A stretch of DNA of 64,000 nt from an uncultured Chthonomonadaceae bacterium (GTDB taxonomy: Bacteria; Armatimonadota; Chthonomonadetes; Chthonomonadales; Chthonomonadaceae), in assembly GCA_963835065.1 (NCBI GenBank), contig CAWIEK010000037.1:128001-192000 (forward strand), given 5' to 3'. The position numbers and the translations under genes were made by a program. The notes under the pieces were generated by a model. The model was not told the origin of the DNA and made no database searches. It saw only the letters and a program-made list of their open reading frames with translations. Every line of letters starts with the position of its first letter. The first letter of the stretch is position 1. Positions 49,844 through 60,041 of the stretch are shown here, in pieces.

Positions 49844-52791
49844 ATGTACTTTCCGGGCATGGAAACGTTGGTCGGCGTCGGCATGGGCGTCCTGGGGAAC
49901 AAGGCGACGGACCTGTACAACAGGGCAGTGGGACAGGTCATGCCGGCGCACAATGGAGATTTACAGCTTGCCGTCGCTGTCGCCATGTCACGCGCTGCCG
50001 AACATCTGTATGCCGGGGAGGGGCAGGCCGAAGACGCAGGGGCGCAGGCGAAGCGCCGCGTGTGGAAGACCTTGCAATCGGAAGCCAAAGACTGGTTTGT
50101 CACACGCCCCAATGACGCAACCGGCGCGATTGTCACCGCGCTGGTTTTCGCCGATGGGCAGGAATTGTCTGCGGCGCTGGATGCCCTGCTGAACCGCGCC
50201 GACGATTTGAGTCAGGCTGAGAGCCTGCGCGTACCGCTTGCCGATGGATTGGAGGACGCGGCGCGAAAAGATGTTGTTTCGCGGCTGGGGGTGGAACTGG
50301 CCGAAATGTTCCGGGAGGTCATCAAGGAAGACCCGCACAACAAAGGCTTCAAGGCGTTTCAGCGCGATCTGGCGCAGGCCACGTATCAGGAAGTGCATGG
50401 GCTGGCTGCTTTTGTCTCACAGCTTTCCCTGCAACAGCAGCAGCAAGTGGCGGATATTTTGCAGCGTCTGGAAACCATCGCCAAACCCAACAGCGAACCG
50501 CCCGATGCCGGCGCGGTTTTCCTGATCTGGCGAATACCCTGCGCGTGGAAGCGGAAGCAACGCGCGAAGTGGTACGCGCAGAATCGGAGCAAACGCGCAA
50601 GGCTATAGAAGACGCCAACACGCAAACGCAGCCGAAGCTGGATAGGATGCTGCAACTCGCAGAGAACCTGAAGCCGTATGCGCCCGATGCGCCTCCTCTC
50701 AACAGCAACCTGCCCGCCCGCAACGAGTGCTTTACCGCCCGCGAAAACGAACTGACAGCGATAGCGCGGGCGTTTGAAACGCGCCGCTGCGTCGCCCTCG
50801 TGGGGCAGGGCGGCGTCGGAAAAAGCGAACTGGCGCTGGAATACGCCCACTGCAGCCGCCATCTGGAAACGCAGCCGACGTACCGCATCATCGCGGAAAC
50901 CGGTGCGGAGTTCGCTTCCAACCTTGCCGACATTGCCCGCCTGCGCCGTTTCCCGCTTCCGCCCGACGCCAAACAGCCGGAACTGCTTGCCGCCGTGTAC
51001 GCCTGGCTCCGAATGACGGACGACTGGCTGCTCATACTGGACAACGCTGACGATCCCGCCATAATTGCCGACCTGCTGCGCCTGCCCCTGCGCGGACACG
51101 TCCTGCTGACGATGCAGCCCACGCCGAACAACGCGCTTGTCCACCCGTTGCCCGTAGAAACCCTTTCGCCCCCGGACAGCGCCCGCCTGCTGCTAATCCG
51201 CGCCGGACGCTTGCCCACCGACAGCCTGCTTCCCGATGCGCAGCGCCACCCCGAATACCCGGACGCGCTGGAATTGGGCGCGGAACTGGACGGCCTGCCG
51301 CTCGCCATAGATCATGCCGCCGCCTACATCGCGTCCCCGCCCGGCATCACGGTGCGCGGCTATCTGGATCGGTATCGCAGGTCGGGCAGCAGGGTATTGC
51401 ACAAAGACTTCCCCGATGCCCTTCGCCCCCATGCTTCCGTGTACCGAACCGTCGAAATCGCGCTGGAACGTACCGCCAACAATCCGACGGCTCTGGATGT
51501 GCTGTACGCCTGCGCGTTTCTGGCTCCCGACGCCATTCCCGCGTTTCTGCTGCAATCCAACGCCGCCCTGCTTGGTGACGCTCTGAAACCGGCAACGGAG
51601 GACGAGGAAGCGTGGGACGAAGCCATACAGGGCGCGTGTCGTTACGGATTGCTGGCACCCGACGGCTACGAACCCGACGGACAGGTTTTTTCGTTCGCCA
51701 TGCACCGTGTCACGCAGCGCGTCCTGCGCGACATGCTGGATGGGGAGAAACGCCATGACCTCGCCGCCCGCGTGGTACAGGCGGTAAACGCTGTCTTTCC
51801 TGAACCAGAACTGAATACCTGGCCGCTTTGCAGTGTTCTGACGCCTCACGCGCAGTCCTGCTCCACCCACATCCAAACGGAGGGCATTCAAACGCCTGAA
51901 GCGTCGAGATTGCTTAACCAGACAGCATCCTATTTGTACAATATAGCTCTATACTCCGACATCGAACCCTTGTTAATGCAGGCGTTGAACATTCGGCGTA
52001 AAACGTTGCCGGACGACCACCCTGATCTTGCCGAAAGCCTCAACAATCTGGCTGGGTTGTACTATGCTCAAAGCCGCTATGCCGACGCCGAACCCTTGTT
52101 AGTGCAGGCATTGGACATGCACCGTCAAGCCTATGGCGAACAGCATCCGCGTGTTGCCACCAGCCTCAACAATCTGGCTGGGTTGTACTATGCTCAAATC
52201 CGCTATGCTGACACTGAACCCTTGTTAGTGCAGGCGTTGAACATTCAGCGTAAAACGTTGCCGGACGGCCATCCTGACATTGCCCGAAGCCTCAACAATC
52301 TGGCGGTGTTGCACAGGTCGCAAGGCCGCTACGCTGAGGCGGAACTGATGTACAAACAGGCCTTGAACATTCGGCGCACCGCGTTGCCGGACGGCCACCC
52401 TGATATTGCCGAAAGCCTCGATAATCTCGCGGGGCTGCATGGGTCGCAAGGCCGTTATGCTGAGGCTGAAATGCTGTATAAACAGGCATTGGGCATTCGG
52501 CGCACCGGGTGGCCGAACGGCCACCCTGATCTTGCCCAAAGCCTCAGCAATCTGGCGACGTTGTACTATGCTCAAAGCCGCTATGCCGAGGCCGAACCGC
52601 TGTACATACAGGCATTGGACATTCTCGTTGGCAGTTTAGGGCCGCGTCACCCGAACACGGCTACAGTTCTCGACAACTTTCTGAGGATGCTTATCAATCA
52701 GGAACGCACAGAGGATGCCGGAGCCTTTTTAGTCTCAAAGCCGGAACTTCAAGAAACGTATGCTCTCCTGCTTGCGCGACAATCGGCGTAG
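49844..52791 (+). CDS. NLR-like STAND protein: helical N-domain, NB-ARC, TPR repeats; frameshift near 50515
   Basis: GQGGVGKS, WLLILDNA, LDGLPLAI, MHRVTQ, six 42-aa TPR units. Confidence 0.85.
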
Positions 52792-53020
52792 CGTCGGCGC
52801 GTTCTCCCGTCCAGCCTGAATTTCTGGCGTCGGTATCCGGCATATAAAATACCGGATAGCCAGGCGTTCCGCCGATTGGATGAAGGTTGTAAGAGGCTGC
52901 AAAAGGTTAAGGTCCCGAACTTGGTACATCACGGCGTAAATACACCAGTAGTTTTTTCGTCCGCAGGACGATTGGCCGTTGGCTTAACTACCGTTATTTT
53001 ATACGCTTGCTGTGAACTAC

Positions 53021-53146
53021 TGGCCGGGTACTGAAATTACCCGGCAGGAAAGTACAAGCGTCTTTCAGACGCGGCATTCTTAATGCAGAGAATCGCGTCT
53101 GAAAGACGCTTTTTTTGTTGCAGGGGTACTGAAAGTCACCCGGCAA
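53021..53146. repeat. Palindromic element related to family C
   Basis: gccgggtactgaaattacccggcaggaaagtacaagcgtctttcagacgc ... gcgtctgaaagacgct. Confidence 0.75.
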
Positions 53147-53185
53147 GCAGACGCCGCAGTGTACCGGCAAAAATAATCCCGAAAA

Positions 53186-53428
53186 AACAGAAAAAAAGAG
53201 CAAAATAACCCGAAAACAGCGAACCTTTTGCCCCACATACCCTGTCTATAGTGTACATGCGTCTATTACTTAGCAAAGGAGGTGCAAGCTTATGTTTCAC
53301 CCCTCCCGTTCGCCCTGACGCTTACGAGGTCACGACGCCTCATCTCAATACAATCTGACACAACGAGACATCGGGCTGGAAGCGCTGTATTGCCAAGATT
53401 TCGACGATGCCTCTACATACCCTTTTTT
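53186..53428 (+). ncRNA. Conserved leader/ncRNA-like element, copy 2, 5' of the vWA gene
   Basis: Aligns with 9212-9514. Micro-ORF 53292-53318, core 53349-53420, T6 at 53423-53428. Confidence 0.6.
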
Positions 53429-53525
53429 CACAGTCGGCTTTGCGGCAACGCTCACGCGGCGATTTGCGTATGAATCCATACGTAACCCAGACTTTCCCTG
53501 CCCATGACAAGGAGTACCTGCCGCG

Positions 53526-54200
53526 ATGGTCGCCCCGACTGCCTTAGAAGACGCCGTTGAGTTTGCCGAAAATCCCGAACCCCGCTGCCCCTGCGTCCTG
53601 CTGCTGGACACGTCCGGCTCCATGAACGGCGCTCCGCTGCAAGCCCTCAATGCCGGGCTGCAATCCTTCAAAACGGAAATCGTCAAGGACAATCTCGCCT
53701 CGCGCCGCGTGGAAATCGCCGTCGTCACCTTCAACAACGAGATCGCCGTCGAGCAGGATTTTGTCACCGCCGACCAGTTCGCGCCGCCCACGCTGACGGC
53801 GCGGGGCATGACCCACATGGGCGCGGCCATCAACAAGGCGCTGGATATGGTGCAGGCGCGTAAAACGCAGTACCGCGCCAATGGCGTCGCGTACTACCGC
53901 CCCTGGGTGTTCCTGATTACGGACGGCGCTCCGCAGGGCGAACCCGAAGATTTGGTCACGCAGGCCGCGCAGCGCATCAAGGCGGACGAAGCCGCCAAGC
54001 GCGTCGCCTTTTTCGCGGTGGGCGTGGAAAACGCGGACATGGATCGCCTCGCCCAACTCGCCGTCCGCGCCCCCGTCAAGTTGAAAGGGCTGAACTTCGT
54101 CGAGATGTTCGTGTGGCTGTCCGCCAGTATGCAGAAAATCTCGCAGTCACAGGTAGACGAGCAAGTGGCGCTTCCCCCGCCCGGATGGGGAACCGTTTAG
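53526..54200 (+). CDS. terY: vWA domain protein, TerY/YegL family
   Basis: ENPEPRCPCVLLLDTSGSM (MIDAS), YYRPWVFLITDG, FVWLSAS. Confidence 0.9.
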   Translation: MVAPTALEDAVEFAENPEPRCPCVLLLDTSGSMNGAPLQALNAGLQSFKTEIVKDNLASRRVEIAVVTFNNEIAVEQDFVTADQFAPPTLTARGMTHMGAAINKALDMVQARKTQYRANGVAYYRPWVFLITDGAPQGEPEDLVTQAAQRIKADEAAKRVAFFAVGVENADMDRLAQLAVRAPVKLKGLNFVEMFVWLSASMQKISQSQVDEQVALPPPGWGTV

Positions 54201-54201
54201 G

Positions 54202-54364
54202 AATTTTCGATTTTCGATTGCCGATTGTTAAGGAAAGCGCCTCCTGCAATCATGGTAATCATCATAATCCTGAAAATCATGGTTCAAGACAAACACAGGA
54301 GCCGCTTTGAACAGCAGTAACTCCCAACCCGCAATCGAAAATCGAAAATCGAAAATCGAAAATT
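54202..54364. repeat. Inverted heptamer arrays (TTTTCGA)n ... (TCGAAAA)n with an inner 9-mer array
   Basis: Right arm lies in the PP2C N-terminus. aatcatggtaatcatcataatcctgaaaatcatggt lies in the spacer. Confidence 0.8.
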
Positions 54365-55110
54365 GGCGCGTTGTGGCGGCATCCGTAACGGGCGTGAGCC
54401 ATGAAAAAGCCAATCTGCCGTGTCAGGACGCCCACGCCTTTCGGCAGTTGTCCAACTCGGTTTTGATTTGCGCGGTTGCGGATGGAGCCGGGTCTGCCGC
54501 CCTCTCGGAAATCGGTTCGCGCATCGCCGTACAGGTGAGCGTGGAAACGCTGGAACGCCGTATCCAGAGCGCTTCGGCAGCCGGCGCAAACATCGAAAGC
54601 GCGGATTTGCAGGCCGCTTTACGCGCTGTTCAGCAGGCATTGGAAACCGAAGCCGAAACGCGCCGCGAACCCCTGCGCGAATTTGCCACCACGCTGCTGC
54701 TCGTGGTTGTATATTCGGATCAAATCGCCGCGCTGCAAGTGGGGGATGGCGCGGTTGTGGCGCAGAACGCGGCAAAAGAATTAGTTGCCATCACCGTTCC
54801 GCCGGACGCCGAGTACGCCAACGCGACCACTTTTGTCACCTCGCCGGACGCCCTCGAATCCGCGCAAATCGTCATACAAACCCTGCCCTTAACCGGCCTT
54901 GCCATGTTTTCGGACGGCCTACAGCGTTTGGCGCTGAAACTGCCCGAAGGCACACCCCACGCGCCCTTTTTTACGCCCCTGTTCCGCTTCGCCCACCAAA
55001 TGGAAGACGCGCAGCAGGGCACACAACAATTAACGGCCTTCCTGCGCTCACCCCGCATCACCGAACGCGCCGATGATGATTTGACGTTGCTTTTAGCAGT
55101 AAGGCATTAG
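54307..55110 (+). CDS. PP2C-like phosphatase, YegK/PphC family
   Basis: SVTGVSH, PCQDA, AVADGAGSA, ATTLL, VGDG, SDGLQ, DDDLTL. Confidence 0.9.
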   Translation: MNSSNSQPAIENRKSKIENWRVVAASVTGVSHEKANLPCQDAHAFRQLSNSVLICAVADGAGSAALSEIGSRIAVQVSVETLERRIQSASAAGANIESADLQAALRAVQQALETEAETRREPLREFATTLLLVVVYSDQIAALQVGDGAVVAQNAAKELVAITVPPDAEYANATTFVTSPDALESAQIVIQTLPLTGLAMFSDGLQRLALKLPEGTPHAPFFTPLFRFAHQMEDAQQGTQQLTAFLRSPRITERADDDLTLLLAVRH

Positions 55111-55226
55111 GCATCAGGCATTAGATATTAGTGACTGTCCAGTAAATTAAAAAATGGCGCAGAAACGCTGCCCGGTTCATCTAATACCATCCTAATGCCT
55201 AATGCCTAATGCCTAATATCTAACCC
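55101..55226. repeat. Inverted heptamer arrays (AGGCATT)n ... (AATGCCT)n
   Basis: Lies between the phosphatase and kinase genes. Confidence 0.85.
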
Positions 55227-55227
55227 T

Positions 55228-57677
55228 ATGCGTTACCTGCGCCAATCCAACAATCAGCGCGTGATCGTGCCCGACGCGGCTCCTTTGGGAGTGGGCGGCG
55301 AGGCGAAGGTTTTTGCCGCGTCTGCCGATGGACGGCTGGCCGCCAAAATCTATCATCGGCCTACGGACGCGCAGGCGCGTAAACTGGCTGCCATGCTTGC
55401 CAACCCGCCCGACGATCCGATGTCGGCGCAGGAGCATATTTCCATTGCGTGGCCGCTGGACTCTATTGCGCAAGATGTACGGCGATCAGGGGTTTGCGGG
55501 GTTTCTGATGCCGCGTGTGTCCGGGATGCGCCCCCTGTTCAACGTGTACAACCCCGTCACCCGGCGGCAGGAACTTCCGCTTTTCAATTACCTCTACCTG
55601 CACCGCGCCGCCCGCAACGTGAGCAGCGCGGTTCGCGCCCTGCACAATCGCGGCTACGTTATCGGCGACATCAACGAGTCGAACCTGCTTGTCACGGAAA
55701 CCGCGCTCGTCACCCTGGTGGATACCGATTCGTTTCAGGTGCGCGACCCGCAGACCGGAACCGTGTACCGCTGTCCCGTCGGCAAGCCGGAATTTACGCC
55801 CCCGGAGCATCAGGGCAAGAACTTTCGGCAAGTGACTGCGTACGGAAGCAAGTGACCGCTTCGGCCTTGCCGTGCTGATTTTCCAGCTGCTGATGGAGGG
55901 CGCGCACCCGTTTTCCGGCGTGTATCAGGGCGAGGACGACCCGCCACCCTACGAAACCCGCATCCAAAACGGGCATTACACGTATGGAACGCGCCCGACG
56001 CCGTTCACGCCCATGCCGCTTGCCCCGCCCATAGACATGCTGCATCCCACCTTACGCGCCCTGTTCACGCGCTGTTTTGAGGAGGGACACGCCAACCCCG
56101 ACCTGCGCCCTGACGCCGCAACGTGGGCAAACGCGCTGATGCAGGCCGAAGAAGCCCTGATAACATGCGCCCTCAACGCGCAGCACCGTTACGGCAAGCA
56201 TCTCGCGGCCTGCCCCTGGTGCGAGCGCAAAGAGAAATTGGGCGGGCGCGACCCTTTCCCGCTCCAATCCGCCCAACCCTACGTCCGCCCCGGACGCGAC
56301 ATCCGCCGCATCGAGCCACAGCCGGTTTACCACGCTTCCGGTTCTATAACCTTAACCACGCCGCGCCACACGCCAACCGTAATACGCCTATCGCCGCTTG
56401 CCCCGGCCACCAGCCACCAGCCACCAGCCACCAACCTCCCCAACTGGCCCCTCGCGCCAAGCGTTCACACCTCTGCCGCCGTTGGAAATGGAAGTTTCGT
56501 GTTGCCGGCCATTCCGCCGTATCCCGCCGCAACATGGACGGCGCTTAGTTTTCTGATTTTAGCGCTGATGGTTCCCGGCTTTCATCTGTTCTTCGGCGTT
56601 TGCACATTGATTGCCGCCCTGATCGGCTGGTACAGCGGCAAGGCCGGGCGCTGGCTGGCCCTGAGCGCGGGGATTACAGGCAGCATCGTGTCGTTGATTA
56701 TTCTGGCGGGCGCGGCAAACCGCTCGTTCGTGGCGGCGGATTTGCGCACCCTTGAGGAAAAGGGACCCGTCCGCTCCGTGACGTTTTCGCCGGATAGCCG
56801 AACGGTTGCGGTCGGCACGGAACGGAATGAAGATCAGCGCTTGATCAACGGCGAAGCGGCTCTGTTCGATGTGCAGACGGGCGACATCACGCGCCGCTTT
56901 GTGCAGAATATGGGTCCTTCCAACATCGCGTCCGTTGCCTTTTCTCCCGATGGGCGCTTGTTCGCGGCGGGAACAAGCGCGGTGCTGGAACCGGGAACGG
57001 TGCGCCTGTGGGATACGCGCTCGTGGCGATTGCGGCAGGTGTTTACGGGTTTCAAAAGCGATGTGGACAGCGTGGCCTTTACGCCTGACAGCCTGCGCAT
57101 GGTTACAGGCAGCCGCGACAAAACCGTAGAAATATGGGATGTGGAAACGGGCGCGGCCTTGCGCCTTCTGGACGCGCCGGGGGAAGTGTACGGAATTGCC
57201 GTGTCGCCGGATGGCGCATTAATCGCGGCGGGCAGTGGCTCATCGGGGTCGGGCGAACCGGGGCGCGTAAGCGTATGGGACGCGCGCACGGGAACCCTGC
57301 TCTGGTCGCGCAAGGGACACAGCGAGCGCTGCCAGTCCGTCGCCTTTTCTCCCGACGGCAACCGCCTTGCCAGCGCCGGCAATGACAACACCATTCGGCT
57401 TTGGAACCCGCGCACGGGCAATCTGGAGAAAATGCTGGAAGCAAAGGGTATTCTAATGGTCAACGGCGTGGCGTTTTCCCCTGACGGCTCGAAAGTGGCG
57501 TGTGGCGGCAGCGACGGAGCCGCCCGCCTGTGGGACATTGCCAGTTCCAGCATCGTGCATACGTTTCCCGGAGCGGAAGCCAACGTGGAAACCATCGCCT
57601 TCGCGCCCGACGGCAAAATGCTGGCCTGCGGCGACCGCAACGGCGTCATCAACTTGTGGCGCATACATGATAAATGA
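55228..57677 (+). CDS. YegI-like Ser/Thr kinase with TM segments and a WD40 propeller; frameshifts near 55470 and 55850
   Basis: GVGGEA, AAKIYH, IAWP, GFLMP, IGDINESN, DTDSFQ, EFTPPE, CPWC, 2-3 TM helices, about 7 WD40 repeats. Confidence 0.85.
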
Positions 57678-57809
57678 GGATGTTCAGGTGTTCAGGTGTT
57701 CGGGTATTCAGGAGTTTTGACACTTGCAACCATCAGTGCTAAACTACCGCAACCTTTTATCTGTCAGCCCAAACACCCAAACACCTGAACACCTGAACAC
57801 CTGAACACC
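57678..57809. repeat. Inverted octamer arrays enclosing a promoter
   Basis: (GGTGTTCA)n ... (TGAACACC)n with TTGACA-N17-TAAACT at 57717-57745 in the spacer. Confidence 0.85.
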
Positions 57810-57834
57810 GTTGCATCCAAAGGAGCCTGAAACC

Positions 57835-58662
57835 GTGAAAATTGGAATCAATCGCTGGACACTGCCTTCACACCTGCCGCTTTCCGAGTGCTTTACCCTT
57901 GTCAAGCAGGCGGGGTTTGACAGCATCGAAATCAACATTGCCGAAGACGGCGAACTCACGGCGGAAACCAGTGAGCAGGACGTGAAGGCGTTGGTGGCGG
58001 CGGCGAACGACATCGGGCTGGAACTGTCGAGCCTGTCTACCGGGCTGGGCTGGAAGTACCTGATTACCTCACCGGACGAAGCCATACGCCGCAAAGGGGT
58101 GGAGACTATTCGCGCTTCCCTGCAAGCCGCGAAATGGATGGGCGTGGATACCATTTTGGTTGTGCCGGGAATTGTCAGCGATACGATTGCTTACGACGAG
58201 GCTTACGAGCGGGCGCAAACCGCGCTGAAAGAACTGGCTCCCGCCGCGCAGGAATTGGGCGTTGCGATAGGCGTGGAAAACGTCTGGAACAAGTTCCTGC
58301 TGTCGCCCTTGGAATTCGCCCGCTTCATTGACGAAATCAATGGGGCGGCGGGAACCAGCAGCATCGGCGCGTACTTCGATGTCGGCAACATCCTGCAATA
58401 TGGCTATCCAGACCAGTGGATACGCATTTTGGGCAAGCGCATCAAGAAGGTTCACGTCAAGGACTTCAAATCAGGCATCGGCAACGGACGCGCGTTCTGC
58501 AATCCCTTGCAAGGCGACGTTCCCTGGGCGCGAGTCAAAACCGCGCTGGAAGCCATCGGCTACGACGAGTATATCACGGCGGAAGTGGAAGGCTATAAAA
58601 CGGAATTTGAAGTGGGCTTGAAGCACATTCAGGAATCGCTGCGGACGGTATTCGGCAAATGA
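57835..58662 (+). CDS. Sugar phosphate isomerase/epimerase (TIM barrel)
   Basis: GFDSIE, ENVWNKFL, FDVGN, VHVKD, ITAE. Confidence 0.9.
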   Translation: MKIGINRWTLPSHLPLSECFTLVKQAGFDSIEINIAEDGELTAETSEQDVKALVAAANDIGLELSSLSTGLGWKYLITSPDEAIRRKGVETIRASLQAAKWMGVDTILVVPGIVSDTIAYDEAYERAQTALKELAPAAQELGVAIGVENVWNKFLLSPLEFARFIDEINGAAGTSSIGAYFDVGNILQYGYPDQWIRILGKRIKKVHVKDFKSGIGNGRAFCNPLQGDVPWARVKTALEAIGYDEYITAEVEGYKTEFEVGLKHIQESLRTVFGK

Positions 58663-60041
58663 GGATGGGGAACGCGAATGAAGCGGGAAACACGAATAAC
58701 GCCGCGATTACGAACAAAGCGGAAACGTCTCGCCCCCTCATGCCGCGCCTGGGACGTACCGTAATCGCGCTTGGGTTTGTCAGCCTGCTGACGGATATGT
58801 CCAGCGAAATGGCGTACACGCAGGTTCCCATTTTTCTGACGGGCGTATTGGGCGCGTCCGCCGTTTCCGTCGGCCTGATCGAAGGCGTGGCGGAAAGCAC
58901 GGCCAGCCTGCTGCGCCTCGCGTCCGGCTACTGGTCCGACAAAACCGGAAAACGCAAGCCGCTCACCGTACTTGGCTACAGCTTCGGAGCCATCAGTAAG
59001 CCGCTCATGGCACTTGCCTACGTATGGCCGCTCGTTCTGTTACTGCGCTTCGTGGATCGGTTCGGCAAAGGGTTGCGCACCGCCCCCCGTGACGCCCTGA
59101 TTACGGAAACCACGCCCAAAGAACTGCGCGGGCGCGCGTTCGGCCTGCATCGCGCCATGGACACAACGGGCGCGGTACTCGGCCCCCTGTTCGGCCTTGC
59201 TTTTCTCGGCTTCCTCCACCGCTACGCCCACAGCAACGATTTAGCCCACAACCTGCGCCTGCTGTTCGTCTTCGCCGGCATCCCCGGCCTGCTCGCCGTT
59301 CTGACGCTGCTGTTTGCGGTGAAAGAGGAGAAGACAGAAGACAGAAGACAGAAGGCAGAAGGAAATGCTGAACGAGGAATGATGAGTAATGAATTGAATT
59401 CCCATTCATCACTCATCACTCATCACTCATCACCTTCTTCTCCCTCAACCTCCTTCTGGTTCCGCCTGTCCCCAGAGTACCGTCGGTTTCTGCTGGTTAT
59501 TTTCCTGTTCAATTTGGGAAATTCCAGCGATGCGTTTTTGGTGCTGCGGGCGGGAAATTTGGGGTTCACGCCCTCACAGGTTTTATGGCTGTACGCGGCG
59601 TTCAATGTGGTGGAAGCGGTTCTGGGGTATGGCGCGGGTATTCTTTCGGATCGTATCGGGCGGCGTCCGCTGATTATTTCCGGCTATGTGGTTTTCGCGC
59701 TGGTGTATTTAGGCTTCGGACTGGCAAGCAGTAAAACCGCCATTGTTGTTTTGTTTTTGCTGTACGGCCTGTACTACACGCTCACGCAGGGCGTCCAGCG
59801 CGCGTTTGCCGCCGACATGGCCGACCCAAAACAACGCGCTACCCAAATAGGAGCGTACCATACCGTTGTCGGCATCGCCCTGCTGCCCGCCAGCCTGATC
59901 GCCGGAATCCTCTTCGAGCGCAATCCCGCCCTGCCGTTCTTCGTCGGCGCAATCACCGCCTCCTTCAGCGCAGTCTTCTTTGCTGTACAGAGGGGAAGAA
60001 AAGAAGAAAAGAAGAAAAGGAGAAGAGGAGAGGGAAGATAG
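58659..60041 (+). CDS. MFS transporter
   Basis: SLLTDMSSEM, SDKTGKRK, DRFGKGLRTAPRD, multiple TM helices. Confidence 0.92.
   Translation: MRMGNANEAGNTNNAAITNKAETSRPLMPRLGRTVIALGFVSLLTDMSSEMAYTQVPIFLTGVLGASAVSVGLIEGVAESTASLLRLASGYWSDKTGKRKPLTVLGYSFGAISKPLMALAYVWPLVLLLRFVDRFGKGLRTAPRDALITETTPKELRGRAFGLHRAMDTTGAVLGPLFGLAFLGFLHRYAHSNDLAHNLRLLFVFAGIPGLLAVLTLLFAVKEEKTEDRRQKAEGNAERGMMSNELNSHSSLITHHSSPSSPSTSFWFRLSPEYRRFLLVIFLFNLGNSSDAFLVLRAGNLGFTPSQVLWLYAAFNVVEAVLGYGAGILSDRIGRRPLIISGYVVFALVYLGFGLASSKTAIVVLFLLYGLYYTLTQGVQRAFAADMADPKQRATQIGAYHTVVGIALLPASLIAGILFERNPALPFFVGAITASFSAVFFAVQRGRKEEKKKRRRGEGR

Noticed and set aside
52792..52990. Gene between the NLR-like gene and the repeat
   Set aside because: Only a short protein-like fragment on the minus strand without a supported start, at most a remnant.
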